Part shown: one piece after another, positions 10,597-20,685 of the stretch
Layout of the letters: every line of letters begins with the position of its first letter
How positions within the stretch are numbered: the first letter of the stretch is position 1
DNA from: Candidatus Omnitrophota bacterium
GTDB lineage: Bacteria; Omnitrophota; Gorgyraeia; Gygaellales; Profunditerraquicolaceae
Assembly (NCBI GenBank): GCA_030693145.1
Contig: JAUYBI010000068.1
Location: forward strand, 16,374-80,373
Reading direction: 5' to 3'
DNA: 64,000 bases
Translations under genes and position numbers: made by a program
The notes under the pieces: generated by a model
What the model saw: the letters and a program-made list of their open reading frames with translations, nothing else
The model's database searches: none
What the model was told of the DNA's origin: nothing

Positions 10597-12807
10597 TCAT
10601 AGCTTGCGGGCGATTTTCTCTATATCATAAGCTTCAATAATATCGCCTTCGACTAGTTGATCAAACCCGCTAACTGCAATACCGCACTCAAACCCCTCGC
10701 CAACCTCGCGCACATCATCCTTAAAACGTTTAAGGCTGGCAAGCTTGCCTTCAAAAGCAACCGCACCATTGCGCATCACGGTAATCATGCAGTTACGGTT
10801 AATCTTCCCCTTGGTTACAAAACATCCGGCAATGATACCGGAACGGGAAAGCTTAAACATCTTCCTGACTTCGACCCTGCCTAAAAATACTTTCTTTAAT
10901 TTTGGATCAAGCATGCCCTCAACCGCAGCTTTTATGTCATTAGCCAGCTCATAAATAATATTATATATTTTTACATCTATGCCTTCTTTAGAGATGAGCT
11001 TCTTAGCCGGCTCATCAGCAGAAACATTAAATCCCAAAAGCAACGCATCAGAAGCTACCGCTAAAATTACATCGGAAGTATTAATGTTTCCCGCCCCCAG
11101 ATGGATGATATTAATTTTTATTTCGGAAACATTCAACTTCTCCAAAGTATCTCTAATTGCCTCCAGCGATCCCTGGACATCCGCCTTAATAATTAAATTT
11201 AATTCCTTAATTTTACCGGCGGCAATCTGCAGATGCAACTCTTCCAAGCTTACCCTTTTTACCTCTTTAACCTGCTGAAGCTTTTCTTTTTCCACACGGG
11301 CGGCAATTAAACTCTTGGCCTGTCTTTCATCTTCAATCACAAAAAACTGGCCCCCTACCTGCGGAATTCCGCTTATCCCTAAAATTTCTACCGGAGTTGC
11401 CGGGCCGACAGAAGTTACTCCCTGCCCCCGGTCATTAAGCATCGCTCTGACTTTTCCATATAAATTACCTACGATTATATTCTGGTTAAGATGTAATGTG
11501 CCGTTCTGCACAAGCAATGTCGCTACCGGCCCCCTGCCTTTAGCCATCCGGGCTTCCACGACTACTCCATAGGCCAGGCGGTCAGGATTGGCTTTTAATT
11601 CCATGATTTCGGCTTGCAACAAAATCATTTCCAGTAAGCTGTCTATTCCTGCGCCGGTCTTAGCAGAGACCGGGACAATAATCGTTTTACCGCCCCAATC
11701 CTCAGGAGTTAATCCGGCTGCAGCTAACTGTTTTTTAACCGTGTCTAGATTTGCCTGCGCTTTATCTATTTTATTAATCGCCACGATGATCGTTACTCCG
11801 GCAGCCCGCGCATGGTCGATGGCTTCCTGAGTTTGCGACATAATTCCGTCATCAGCAGCTACAACTAACACCACAATATCGGTAATCCGGGCGCCGCGAG
11901 CACGCATCGCGGTAAATGCTTCATGGCCGGGTGTATCTAAAAAGGTAATCTCCCCCTGCGGAAGGCTGACCCGGTAAGCACCGATATGCTGAGTAATCCC
12001 TCCATGTTCTCCTTCTGTAACTTTAGTTTTACGTATGGCATCCAAAAGAGAAGTCTTACCATGATCAACATGCCCCATAAAAGTAACTATCGGTGAACGG
12101 CTCTTTTGCTCTTGCGGCTTATCTATTTTTTGATGCGCCTGCAAAGCCGTTTCTTCGGCATTCAAAGCTTTCTTCACTCCAAAATTATATTTTAAACATA
12201 ACTTATTTAAAGTAGCCTCATCTAAAGACTGATTAATCCCGATCATTACCCCCATACCCATAAGATGCTTAATCAGAACCGAAGACTTCTCCTGTAATTT
12301 TATGGATAAATCTTTAACCGTAATCGGAAGCTCCAGTTCAATCTCTTTTTCCGGGCCGGCTTCGGCCTTAACCTCAGGGATAAATTCTGATTTCACTGGA
12401 GGAGAGACTTCGACTTTTACCTCTGGCTTATGGATAGGCTTAACTGCCACTTTTACTTCAACCTTGGGCTCAGGTTTTATTACCGGTTTAACTGCAACTT
12501 TCTCTTCAACCCTGGGTTCAGGTTTTATTATCGGCTTAACTACCATTTTCACTTCAACCTTGGGCTCAGGTTTTGTTACCGGTTTAAGCATAGATTTAAA
12601 TACCGGCTTAATTTTTTCCTTAACCTTGTTTACTGCCAATTTGAGCTTAAGCGGCTTAGCTAGAGGCTTAAACTTAACCGCCTCTTGCGCTTTAGCAACC
12701 GGCTTCTTAGTTTTTACCTCCACGTTAACCTTAGGCTTAACTATTTTTTTCACTACTTTTTTTTCTTTTTTTATTTTTAGCATATTTTTCTCTTTCTCGC
12801 CCGCCAA
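10597..12807 (-). CDS. infB: Translation initiation factor IF-2
   Basis: 736 aa. [13 protein letters not shown]-domain and the rimP-nusA-infB operon order. The N-terminus carries tandem KPEPKVEVK-rich repeats. Confidence 0.95.
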   Translation of the reverse strand: MAGEKEKNMLKIKKEKKVVKKIVKPKVNVEVKTKKPVAKAQEAVKFKPLAKPLKLKLAVNKVKEKIKPVFKSMLKPVTKPEPKVEVKMVVKPIIKPEPRVEEKVAVKPVIKPEPKVEVKVAVKPIHKPEVKVEVSPPVKSEFIPEVKAEAGPEKEIELELPITVKDLSIKLQEKSSVLIKHLMGMGVMIGINQSLDEATLNKLCLKYNFGVKKALNAEETALQAHQKIDKPQEQKSRSPIVTFMGHVDHGKTSLLDAIRKTKVTEGEHGGITQHIGAYRVSLPQGEITFLDTPGHEAFTAMRARGARITDIVVLVVAADDGIMSQTQEAIDHARAAGVTIIVAINKIDKAQANLDTVKKQLAAAGLTPEDWGGKTIIVPVSAKTGAGIDSLLEMILLQAEIMELKANPDRLAYGVVVEARMAKGRGPVATLLVQNGTLHLNQNIIVGNLYGKVRAMLNDRGQGVTSVGPATPVEILGISGIPQVGGQFFVIEDERQAKSLIAARVEKEKLQQVKEVKRVSLEELHLQIAAGKIKELNLIIKADVQGSLEAIRDTLEKLNVSEIKINIIHLGAGNINTSDVILAVASDALLLGFNVSADEPAKKLISKEGIDVKIYNIIYELANDIKAAVEGMLDPKLKKVFLGRVEVRKMFKLSRSGIIAGCFVTKGKINRNCMITVMRNGAVAFEGKLASLKRFKDDVREVGEGFECGIAVSGFDQLVEGDIIEAYDIEKIARKL
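12400..12640 (-). repeat. Intragenic tandem repeat of about 60 nt, about 3.5 copies, encoding the (V)[15 protein letters not shown] units of the IF-2 N-terminal region
   Basis: Direct repeats are visible in the DNA (ggctcaggttttattaccggtttaac...). They are reflected in the periodic protein sequence. Confidence 0.8.
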
Positions 12808-12836
12808 TCTTTGTGGCGGGACTTTATATTAAAAAA

Positions 12837-14108
12837 CTACGACAGCTTCTTAGCCTTGGCGATAATTTTTTGAGCCTTCTTTTCTCCAATACCCTTGATC
12901 TTAGTCAGCCCCTCCACCTGAAGTTTAATTACATCATCTACACTCTTGACGCCTGCTTCTTTTAAACTTTCGACGAGCTTCTCACTGACTTCTAGCAGTT
13001 CACCTAAAGAAGTTTCTTTTTTAGCACCGGACTTAGGCGCCTTTTTTCCTGTCTTTTTGGTTTCTTTCCTGGCTTTTTCAACCTTGGCGGAATCCGGCTG
13101 AATATCTTCTGCTTTCAAAACAGCAGCAGGGCCTTCTTCTGTTTTGCCGCCTAACGCCTCAGCAGCGATCATGCTCTTAGTGCGGATATCCAACTCCCAA
13201 CCCACGAGGCGGGAAGCTAAACGCACGTTCTGGCCATGCTTACCGATACTCAAAGATAACTGATCATCATCAACAATCACCCCGGCCTTCATTTTATCTC
13301 TGTCTAATTTTATCTCTGAAACCTTAGCCGGAGAAAGCGCGGCCTTGATATATTCACGGACATCATCATTAAAACGCACGATATCAATTTTCTCCCCTTG
13401 TAACTCATTAACAATATTTCTTACCCGATTTCCGCGCATGCCTACGCAAGCGCCTACAGCATCAACCTTATCATTCTTGGAATAGACCGAAATTTTAGTA
13501 CGTTCACCGGCTTGGCGCGATATGCCCCTGATCTCCACGATCCCTTCATAGATCTCCGGAACCTCCAGTTCAAATAATTCCTTAACTAAATTAGGATGGG
13601 CGCGCGACAAAACAATCTGCGGGCCCTTGGTATCTTTTTTTACCTCCACCACATAGGCCCGAATACGCTGTCCTTGCTTAAATTCTTCTTTGGGCGACTG
13701 TTCGCGTTTAAGCAAAACACCCTCGGCCTTACCCAACAAATCCACAATCACATTACCCTTTTCAAAACGGTAAACCGTACCGCTGACAATCTCTCCCACG
13801 CGGCTCTGGAATTCCGCAAAAACCACATCTTTTTCCGCCTCGCGCATTTTCTGGATAATTACCTGGCGCGCAGTAGAGGCGGCAATACGCCCAAAATCAA
13901 TATTGGTAACTAACTCATTATTACGAAAAGCGCGGATCTCTCCGGTAACCCGGTCAATCTGAACCTTAAATTCCTCATCCGGCTTTAAATCAATTACCCT
14001 TTTAGCAGCGCTAAGCATGGCGCTTTCTACAGCCTCCAGCATAATTTCTTTCTTAATCCCCTTTTCTCGTTCAATCTGTTCAATAATGGCTAAAAGTTCC
14101 TGACTCAT
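12837..14108 (-). CDS. nusA: Transcription termination/antitermination factor NusA
   Basis: 423 aa. MSQELLAIIEQIEREKGI N-terminus, S1 and KH domains, and a C-terminal acidic/HhH extension. Confidence 0.95.
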   Translation of the reverse strand: MSQELLAIIEQIEREKGIKKEIMLEAVESAMLSAAKRVIDLKPDEEFKVQIDRVTGEIRAFRNNELVTNIDFGRIAASTARQVIIQKMREAEKDVVFAEFQSRVGEIVSGTVYRFEKGNVIVDLLGKAEGVLLKREQSPKEEFKQGQRIRAYVVEVKKDTKGPQIVLSRAHPNLVKELFELEVPEIYEGIVEIRGISRQAGERTKISVYSKNDKVDAVGACVGMRGNRVRNIVNELQGEKIDIVRFNDDVREYIKAALSPAKVSEIKLDRDKMKAGVIVDDDQLSLSIGKHGQNVRLASRLVGWELDIRTKSMIAAEALGGKTEEGPAAVLKAEDIQPDSAKVEKARKETKKTGKKAPKSGAKKETSLGELLEVSEKLVESLKEAGVKSVDDVIKLQVEGLTKIKGIGEKKAQKIIAKAKKLS

Positions 14109-14235
14109 TTTTTTACTCTCCTAAATGAACGCTTAACTTACGAACACGACAGTGGACGTAAGTTAATGCGTGAATTTATCCCGAGCTATGAAAAGTATTT
14201 TTAAAATAAAAATGCTCAAGCGAGGGACTCCTCTG

Positions 14236-14676
14236 TTAAATTACTAATTGCGCCTTATTTATTTTGATTAACGGAATCTCCAAGCTCTCACCCGGAGCCT
14301 GAATAAACACAGTAGTTTCATCCACCTGAATGATCACTCCCTGCCACTGGCATTTACCATTCACTAAATCATTAAGGAAAAATACCACCTCTTTATTTAG
14401 GGAACGTAAAAAATCTCTTTGCCGCTTAAGCGGCCGGTCCAGCCCCGGCGAAGAAACTTCTAAAACATAATCCACGTCAATTATATTTTTTTCTTCCAGT
14501 AGGTTTTTAAGTTGGCGGCAAAGCCCGGCGCACTCTTGCAGGGTTATCCCGCCCTGCGGCTTATCCACCAAAACCGTTAAAACCCGTCTTTTTCCTTCAG
14601 ATCGACAAATCAGGTCAATCAGCTCAAGGTTCTGACTCTCCAGGTAACCGGAGAACAAAACATTTAATTCTTCCAT
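14236..14676 (-). CDS. rimP: Ribosome maturation factor RimP
   Basis: 146 aa. Sits upstream of nusA. The sequence is DUF150-like. Confidence 0.8.
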   Translation of the reverse strand: MEELNVLFSGYLESQNLELIDLICRSEGKRRVLTVLVDKPQGGITLQECAGLCRQLKNLLEEKNIIDVDYVLEVSSPGLDRPLKRQRDFLRSLNKEVVFFLNDLVNGKCQWQGVIIQVDETTVFIQAPGESLEIPLIKINKAQLVI

Positions 14677-15971
14677 TTTGTAATAAGCTTTACGGCGCTG
14701 TCTTTAGGTAAAACTTGGGTACTTTTATCTTTACGTATTCTTAATTCTATATTTCCTTCATCAATACTCTTTTTACCAATAATAATGCTTGCCGGTACAC
14801 CGATCAAATCCGCATCCTTAAATTTTACCCCCGCCCGCTCATCGCGGTCATCCAAAAGCACATCCAGGCCGCTGGCTTTAAGCTCCCAATATAAACTGTT
14901 GGCCAACTGCATAAGCTCCGGATTGGTTACATCTAAAGGCAGAATAATCATGTCAAAAGGAGCAACCTCACTAGGCCAAATAATTCCGTCAGTATCATTA
15001 TTCTGTTCGATAATCGCCGAAATCAGGCGCGATACTCCGATACCATAACAGCCCATAACCAAAGGCTTAAGCTGCCCGGAGCTGTCCGAAAAATTAGCCT
15101 GCATTGCCTGGCTGTATTTTGTACCCAACTTAAAGATATGGCCAACTTCAGTAGTATTAACTTCCTCCATTTCTAGCTGACAGTTAGGGCAAGAGCTTCT
15201 TCCTTCTTTCCCTGTATGGGAGGATCCCGCCGCATTTTCTATCTCCGGACGGGAAAAAGCCTTGGTCAGCTTGCATTTTGAACAAACCAAAACTATATCT
15301 TCACCCAGAGGTGAAGGTGCCATAAATTCATGTGAAACTTTGCCGCCCATCACCCCGGAATCCGCCTCGGTAATCAGAGTTTCCAGCCCGCATCGGGAGA
15401 ATACCCTCTTATACGCTGCATACATTAATTGATAATTTTTATCCAGTCCGGCTTCATCCTGATCAAAACTATAAGCATCCTTCATTATAAATTCACAGGC
15501 ACGGATTAAACCAAAACGCGGCCGGATCTCATCGCGAAATTTTGTCTGAATTTGGTATAAAATCAGAGGCAGTTGCCGGTAACTGGAAAGATTATTTTTT
15601 AACAACTCGGTAATTACCTCTTCATGCGTGGGGCCTAAACTTACTTTTCTGCCACGGCGGTCTTGAAATTGAAACATTACCTGGCCCAAATCTTTATCCC
15701 GTCCGGTTTTCTGCCAAAGCTCTAAAGGATGCAGTGCCGGCAAGAGCAGCTCACTGGCGCCGGCTGCATTCATCTCCTGGCGAATTATTCCCTGGATTTT
15801 TTCTAAAACCCGTAACCCTATCGGCAGATAAGTATAAACCCCCGCCATCAGCATGCGCACAAACCCGGCACGCAATAACAATTGATGGCTTAAGGATTCT
15901 GCTTCCTTGGGTGTTTCTTTTAACGTGGGAATAAATACTTTACTCCAAAACATATCAATTCTCCAACTCAA
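14664..15971 (-). CDS. proS: Proline--tRNA ligase, short form without INS editing domain and with an inserted Cys4 segment
   Basis: 435 aa. Class II motifs are present. CSKC...CPNC lies where the INS domain would normally sit. Confidence 0.85.
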   Translation of the reverse strand: MSWRIDMFWSKVFIPTLKETPKEAESLSHQLLLRAGFVRMLMAGVYTYLPIGLRVLEKIQGIIRQEMNAAGASELLLPALHPLELWQKTGRDKDLGQVMFQFQDRRGRKVSLGPTHEEVITELLKNNLSSYRQLPLILYQIQTKFRDEIRPRFGLIRACEFIMKDAYSFDQDEAGLDKNYQLMYAAYKRVFSRCGLETLITEADSGVMGGKVSHEFMAPSPLGEDIVLVCSKCKLTKAFSRPEIENAAGSSHTGKEGRSSCPNCQLEMEEVNTTEVGHIFKLGTKYSQAMQANFSDSSGQLKPLVMGCYGIGVSRLISAIIEQNNDTDGIIWPSEVAPFDMIILPLDVTNPELMQLANSLYWELKASGLDVLLDDRDERAGVKFKDADLIGVPASIIIGKKSIDEGNIELRIRKDKSTQVLPKDSAVKLITKWKN

Positions 15972-16004
15972 CCCCTGGATTGATGGTGAGCGAAAGTCGA
16001 ACCA

Positions 16005-17267
16005 TTAGTCCTTATTAAAAATTTCTTTAGGTAAAACTACTCCTCTTTTGCCAAAAATCGGATAAAATACAGGCACCACCCCCGTAGCTTTAAAACGGCC
16101 ATGCACATTTCCATTTTCATCCACATGTTCAATGTCGTAATAAAAAATATCCTCAAGATTCACCCAACCGTCTTTTAGGCCGTTAATCTGGGTAATCCGG
16201 GTAATCTTACGCGAACCATCAACCAGCTGATCCTGCTGAATAATTAGGTGTAAAGAGGAAACAATCTGCCGGTCTATCGCCTCTAAAGTTAGAGGAACCC
16301 CGGACATGAGAATCATTGTCTCTAACCTATACATCACATCCTGAGGGGTATCCGCGTGGATAACGGAAAGCGCTCCGCTGTGGCCGGAGCACATTGCCTG
16401 AAGCATATCCAGGGCTTCGGCGCTTCTAATTTCGCCTAAGATAATCCGCTGAGGCCGCATGCGCAAAGTATTAAGAAAAAGATCTCTCACGGTAATCTCG
16501 CCCTTGCCTTCAATATTCGCAGGCTTAGTCTCCAATCTGACTACGTGATCCTGCGCCAGATGCAACTCCGCCGTATCCTCAATAGTAATGGTCCGTTCGT
16601 CATTTCCAATATAGCTGGAAAGCACGCCGACAGTAGTAGTTTTTCCGCTGCCGGTAGCACCCGCGAACATAATATTGGCCTTACCCTTAATACAAGCAAT
16701 TAAAAAATCCGCCATTCTTCTATCTAACGTCCCTAAATTAATAAGATCTTCGGCATTTATAATTTTTTTAAGGAATTTGCGGATAGTTACGGTCGGGCCA
16801 TCCAAGGCCAGAGGCGGAATAATAATATTGACTCGCGAACCATCCGGCAGGCAGATATCCGTATAAGGAACCGATTCATCAACCCTTCTTCTGGTAGGGG
16901 ACAAAATCTTTTGAATAACATACATCAGCTGCTGATCACTATCGAACTTCATACCGGTCAGGGTTTTTTTACCATACTTTTCTACATAGACATTATGCCT
17001 GCCATTAATCATGATTTCCGTAATATCGGGATCCAGCATCAATTTCTCGATCGGCCCTAAACCCGCAAACTCATCAACCAATTCATTAATAATATTCTCT
17101 CTCTCCTGTTCCTTAAGCGGGCTGCGCGGCTGGCTTAAAACCCCTTCCAAAATATTCCTGACTACAGCGGCAACTTCGGCTTTGTTGTCGACATTTTTAA
17201 ATAAAATATTGCTGTATTTAGCCAAGAAATCTTCACGCACCCTACCCTTTAAAGTCAACTGAGCCAT
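16005..17267 (-). CDS. CpaF/TadA-family secretion ATPase (type II/IV secretion NTPase), orphan
   Basis: 420 aa. GATGSGKTT Walker A plus Asp box and His box. No other tad/cpa/pil genes nearby. Confidence 0.8.
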   Translation of the reverse strand: MAQLTLKGRVREDFLAKYSNILFKNVDNKAEVAAVVRNILEGVLSQPRSPLKEQERENIINELVDEFAGLGPIEKLMLDPDITEIMINGRHNVYVEKYGKKTLTGMKFDSDQQLMYVIQKILSPTRRRVDESVPYTDICLPDGSRVNIIIPPLALDGPTVTIRKFLKKIINAEDLINLGTLDRRMADFLIACIKGKANIMFAGATGSGKTTTVGVLSSYIGNDERTITIEDTAELHLAQDHVVRLETKPANIEGKGEITVRDLFLNTLRMRPQRIILGEIRSAEALDMLQAMCSGHSGALSVIHADTPQDVMYRLETMILMSGVPLTLEAIDRQIVSSLHLIIQQDQLVDGSRKITRITQINGLKDGWVNLEDIFYYDIEHVDENGNVHGRFKATGVVPVFYPIFGKRGVVLPKEIFNKD

Positions 17268-17290
17268 ATTCTCTCCTTATCTACTAAGAT

Positions 17291-17372
17291 AACACCGGCG
17301 CAATTCCGCTTAGCGCCGGGTGTCTTATCTAGCCAGACAACACCCGCGCAATTCAAATAAGCGCGGGGTGTC
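17291..17372. repeat. Repeat family B: two tandem hairpins acaccggcgc-N11-gcgccgggtgt and acacccgcgc-N11-gcgcggggtgt with compensatory changes
   Basis: Same motif as at 31838-31945. The second hairpin overlaps the last codons of ispG and precedes the cpaF RBS. Confidence 0.7.
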
Positions 17373-18432
17373 TTGAATTAATCTCTTTTAACAGAGTTTG
17401 CACGCAGTCTTTCGCTAATACCTTCTTCACTATTTTACCTCGCGAAAATAAAATCCCTCCGCCTTTACCGAAAGCCACTCCCAAATCCGCTTCTTTTGCT
17501 TCTTGCGGCCCATTAACCACACAACCCATTATTGCTACTTTTAAAGAACGAGCGGATTGCTTATATTCTTTAGCGGCTAATTTATTTTCCAGGTCCTTAA
17601 CGATATTAATCAAATCTATTTCACAGCGCCCGCAAGTAGGGCAACTAATCAGCTGGACTCCTCCCCGGCGTAAACCTAAAGATTCCAAAATACATTTAGC
17701 TGCCCTTACCTCTTCGATGGGGTTATCCGTAAGCGACACCCTTATTGTATCACCGATACCCTCCAGCAGTAAAGACCCTAAAGCAATACTGGATTTAATA
17801 ACACCATTATAAGCAGAACCTGTGGCCGTAACCCCCAAATGCAGAGGATAACTGCAGGCTCTGGCGATCTTACGGTAAGCCTCAACCGTATCCAAAACAT
17901 TGTTCGCTTTAAGCGAGATTACGATATTAGTAAACTTTAACTTCTCAATCATTTTAAGATAACCCCGGCAAGCAGCTACCAATTTATCGGCCATCGAAGA
18001 TTTTCTAGAGCCTGTATCCTTTACCGAACCGCTATTCAACCCGATACGCAAAGGAATCTTAGCTGCTTTTAGCGCAGAGATAACTGCTTCTATCTGGCTA
18101 GGCTTATCAATGTTCCCGGGATTCAGCCTGATTTTATCTGCGCCATGCTCAATAGCCGCAATGGCCAGCCGATATGAAAAATGGATATCCGCTACTAACG
18201 GTAACCTTACCCTGAACTTAATTCTCCTGATAGCCGCTGCATCCGCTGAGTCCTTGACCGCCAAGCGCACAATCTGGCAGCCCGCCCCCTCTAATTGCTT
18301 GATTTGTTTGACGGTATTATCAATATCAGAGGTTTTGGTCTTAGTCATGGATTGAATAACAACGGAATTTTTGCCGCCGATTAGACAGGTGCCGATTTTA
18401 ATAACCTTACAATCTCTTCTTTGGATTTCCAT
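17353..18432 (-). CDS. ispG: 4-hydroxy-3-methylbut-2-enyl diphosphate synthase
   Basis: 359 aa. GcpE family with a CPTCGRC [4Fe-4S] motif. Confidence 0.9.
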   Translation of the reverse strand: MEIQRRDCKVIKIGTCLIGGKNSVVIQSMTKTKTSDIDNTVKQIKQLEGAGCQIVRLAVKDSADAAAIRRIKFRVRLPLVADIHFSYRLAIAAIEHGADKIRLNPGNIDKPSQIEAVISALKAAKIPLRIGLNSGSVKDTGSRKSSMADKLVAACRGYLKMIEKLKFTNIVISLKANNVLDTVEAYRKIARACSYPLHLGVTATGSAYNGVIKSSIALGSLLLEGIGDTIRVSLTDNPIEEVRAAKCILESLGLRRGGVQLISCPTCGRCEIDLINIVKDLENKLAAKEYKQSARSLKVAIMGCVVNGPQEAKEADLGVAFGKGGGILFSRGKIVKKVLAKDCVQTLLKEINSRHPALI

Positions 18433-18433
18433 A

Positions 18434-19516
18434 TTATTTGGCTACCAATTTACTAAGCCTGTCTCCATAAAGCCTTAAGATATCATTATAGGTAACAAAC
18501 AAAGTCAGGGTAATTAACAGAGAAAAACCCAGATTATTAATTATCTCTTCTGCCTTAGCCCCTAATGCTTTTTTCCTTAATTTTTCCAAACCTAATAAAA
18601 ATAGATGGCCCCCATCCAGGATAGGCAACGGTAAAAGGTTAAAGATTGCCAGGCTGACGCTTAATACCGCAATCAGATGCATCAGGGCGACCAGGCCTAA
18701 TTTTGCCGCCTTGGAAGTAATAAAAAATATTCCCAGGGGGCCGGTCATCGAATCGCGCATCGACATCTTTCCGCTGACTAATTTCCACAAACCGGTATAA
18801 GTCATCGCCGTTAAATTAATAGTTTTCTTAAGGCCAAGATAGGCAGACTCAAAGAACCCGTGTTTGACTTCGATTATTTCATCAAAAGGAGAAATACCGA
18901 TAATTCCTAAAACACGCTTTTCTCCTGTTTGATCATCAAGGAGCTTATCCTTGATGGGAATATTAAGCTTAAACTCCTGATTACCCCGTAAAACTTCAAG
19001 GGCAACAGTCGATTTTATTTTTCTATCCCGGATCGCCTGCTGTAAATCCTCCCAGATATCAACTTTAGCGCCATCTACCGCGACAATCTTATCCCCCACC
19101 CGCAAGCCGGCAGCTTGGGCACCGTAGCCATCAATTAAACCGCCGACTTTAGTCGTAAGGCTGGGGTAACCCATGAAAAAAATTAACCAAAAAAATAAAA
19201 ATCCAAGAATATAATTTAATAGCGGGCCAAAGAAAATAATTTGAAATCGTTTCCCCGGAGTTTTATTAAAATATTCGTCTGTTTTTCCCTGATATTCTGA
19301 TTGGCTGTCTCCGGCCATTTTGACATACCCGCCCAAAGGGATCAAATTCAGGCTATACTCCGTATCGCCTTTTTTGGTTTTAAAAATACGCGGCCCGAAC
19401 CCTAAAGAGAACTGTTCAACGCGCACGCCATTAATGCGGGCGGCAATAAAATGCCCAAACTCATGCACAATGATCAACAGGCTCAGAATTAAAATAAAAA
19501 TAAGTACAGCCATCAT
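18434..19516 (-). CDS. rseP: RIP metalloprotease RseP (site-2 protease, M50)
   Basis: 360 aa. HEFGHF zinc motif, PDZ domain and LDG motif. Confidence 0.85.
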   Translation of the reverse strand: MMAVLIFILILSLLIIVHEFGHFIAARINGVRVEQFSLGFGPRIFKTKKGDTEYSLNLIPLGGYVKMAGDSQSEYQGKTDEYFNKTPGKRFQIIFFGPLLNYILGFLFFWLIFFMGYPSLTTKVGGLIDGYGAQAAGLRVGDKIVAVDGAKVDIWEDLQQAIRDRKIKSTVALEVLRGNQEFKLNIPIKDKLLDDQTGEKRVLGIIGISPFDEIIEVKHGFFESAYLGLKKTINLTAMTYTGLWKLVSGKMSMRDSMTGPLGIFFITSKAAKLGLVALMHLIAVLSVSLAIFNLLPLPILDGGHLFLLGLEKLRKKALGAKAEEIINNLGFSLLITLTLFVTYNDILRLYGDRLSKLVAK

Positions 19517-19539
19517 CTTTTAATAAAATCTCCGGTAAG

Positions 19540-20685
19540 TTAACAAGCCAACGCCAGAGCCTCTTCCCTGGCCCAGGCATCAGCGCACATAATCTGGTTA
19601 AGATTTGGGCTGGCAATTCTAGTGTGCCGCCGCATTACCTTTTCCACTATTTTTGGTATAGTTAAAAAACTAATCTTCTTCGCCAGAAACCTGTCCACGC
19701 TTGCTTCATTAGCCGCGTTTAAAACCGCCGGCATCGTCCCTAAATCCCGGGCAGCCTGATAAGCAAACGCCAGGCACGGAAATTTACTCAGATCCGGTTT
19801 TGCAAAATGAAGTTTACTTAAACCATAGAAATCAATTCCGGCAAGCGCACTAGGCAGCCGCTTAGGATAAGATAAAGCGTACTGGATAGGTATGCGCATA
19901 TCCGCAACTGAAAGCTGCGCCATAATCACCCCGTCATTAAATTCCACCATAGAATGAATCAGCGCCTCAGGATGAATCAATACTTTTATTTTTTCAACTC
20001 CTAAATTAAATAAGAACATTGCCTCCAGCAGTTCCAGCCCTTTATTCATTAAAGTCGCCGAATCTACCGTAATCTTCTTACCCATCTTCCAACGAGGATG
20101 CCGCAATACTTTGGCTATAGTCACCTGCTTAAATTTACTGCGCGGCAGGCTCCATAACGCGCCACCGGAAGCAGTCAGATATACCTGCCTGACATTAGCC
20201 GCACCCTGTCCGCCTAAGCTCTGCCAGATAGCTGACTGTTCACTATCCACCGGCCTGATCAGAACCTTATGTTCCCTGGCTAAGCGCATGACCATGGCTC
20301 CAGCCATGACTAAGGCTTCTTTATTCGCTAAGGCAATCTCTTTACCGCTTTTAATCGCACTAATTAAAGGAGCCAGAGCAGCAGAGCCGGTAATGGCGAC
20401 CATTACCTGCTGGATATTTTTATCCTTAACCAGTTCATCCAGGCCTTCTGGACCACAAAAGACTTTTATCGAAGACCCCAGGCTGGCCCTTAACTTCGCG
20501 GCTGCCCGCGGATCTCTAACGCATACCAGCTTGGGCTGAAATTCCCGGATCTGCTGTTTTAACTTAACAATATCCGAATTAACGCTTAAAGCCACGATCT
20601 TAAATTGCCGCGGTAAACTTCTGACTACTGCCAGCGTACTTTGGCCGATGGAGCCGCTAGAACCTAATACCGCAATGCTTTTCAT
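19540..20685 (-). CDS. dxr: 1-deoxy-D-xylulose 5-phosphate reductoisomerase
   Basis: 381 aa. MKSIAVLGSSGSIG NADPH-binding N-terminus. Confidence 0.9.
   Translation of the reverse strand: MKSIAVLGSSGSIGQSTLAVVRSLPRQFKIVALSVNSDIVKLKQQIREFQPKLVCVRDPRAAAKLRASLGSSIKVFCGPEGLDELVKDKNIQQVMVAITGSAALAPLISAIKSGKEIALANKEALVMAGAMVMRLAREHKVLIRPVDSEQSAIWQSLGGQGAANVRQVYLTASGGALWSLPRSKFKQVTIAKVLRHPRWKMGKKITVDSATLMNKGLELLEAMFLFNLGVEKIKVLIHPEALIHSMVEFNDGVIMAQLSVADMRIPIQYALSYPKRLPSALAGIDFYGLSKLHFAKPDLSKFPCLAFAYQAARDLGTMPAVLNAANEASVDRFLAKKISFLTIPKIVEKVMRRHTRIASPNLNQIMCADAWAREEALALAC

Noticed and set aside
12302-12832. 176-aa + strand ORF antisense to infB
   Set aside because: It lies wholly inside the IF-2 gene. 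Its T/S/G/F-rich low-complexity sequence comes from the antisense of the KPEPKVEVK tandem repeats.
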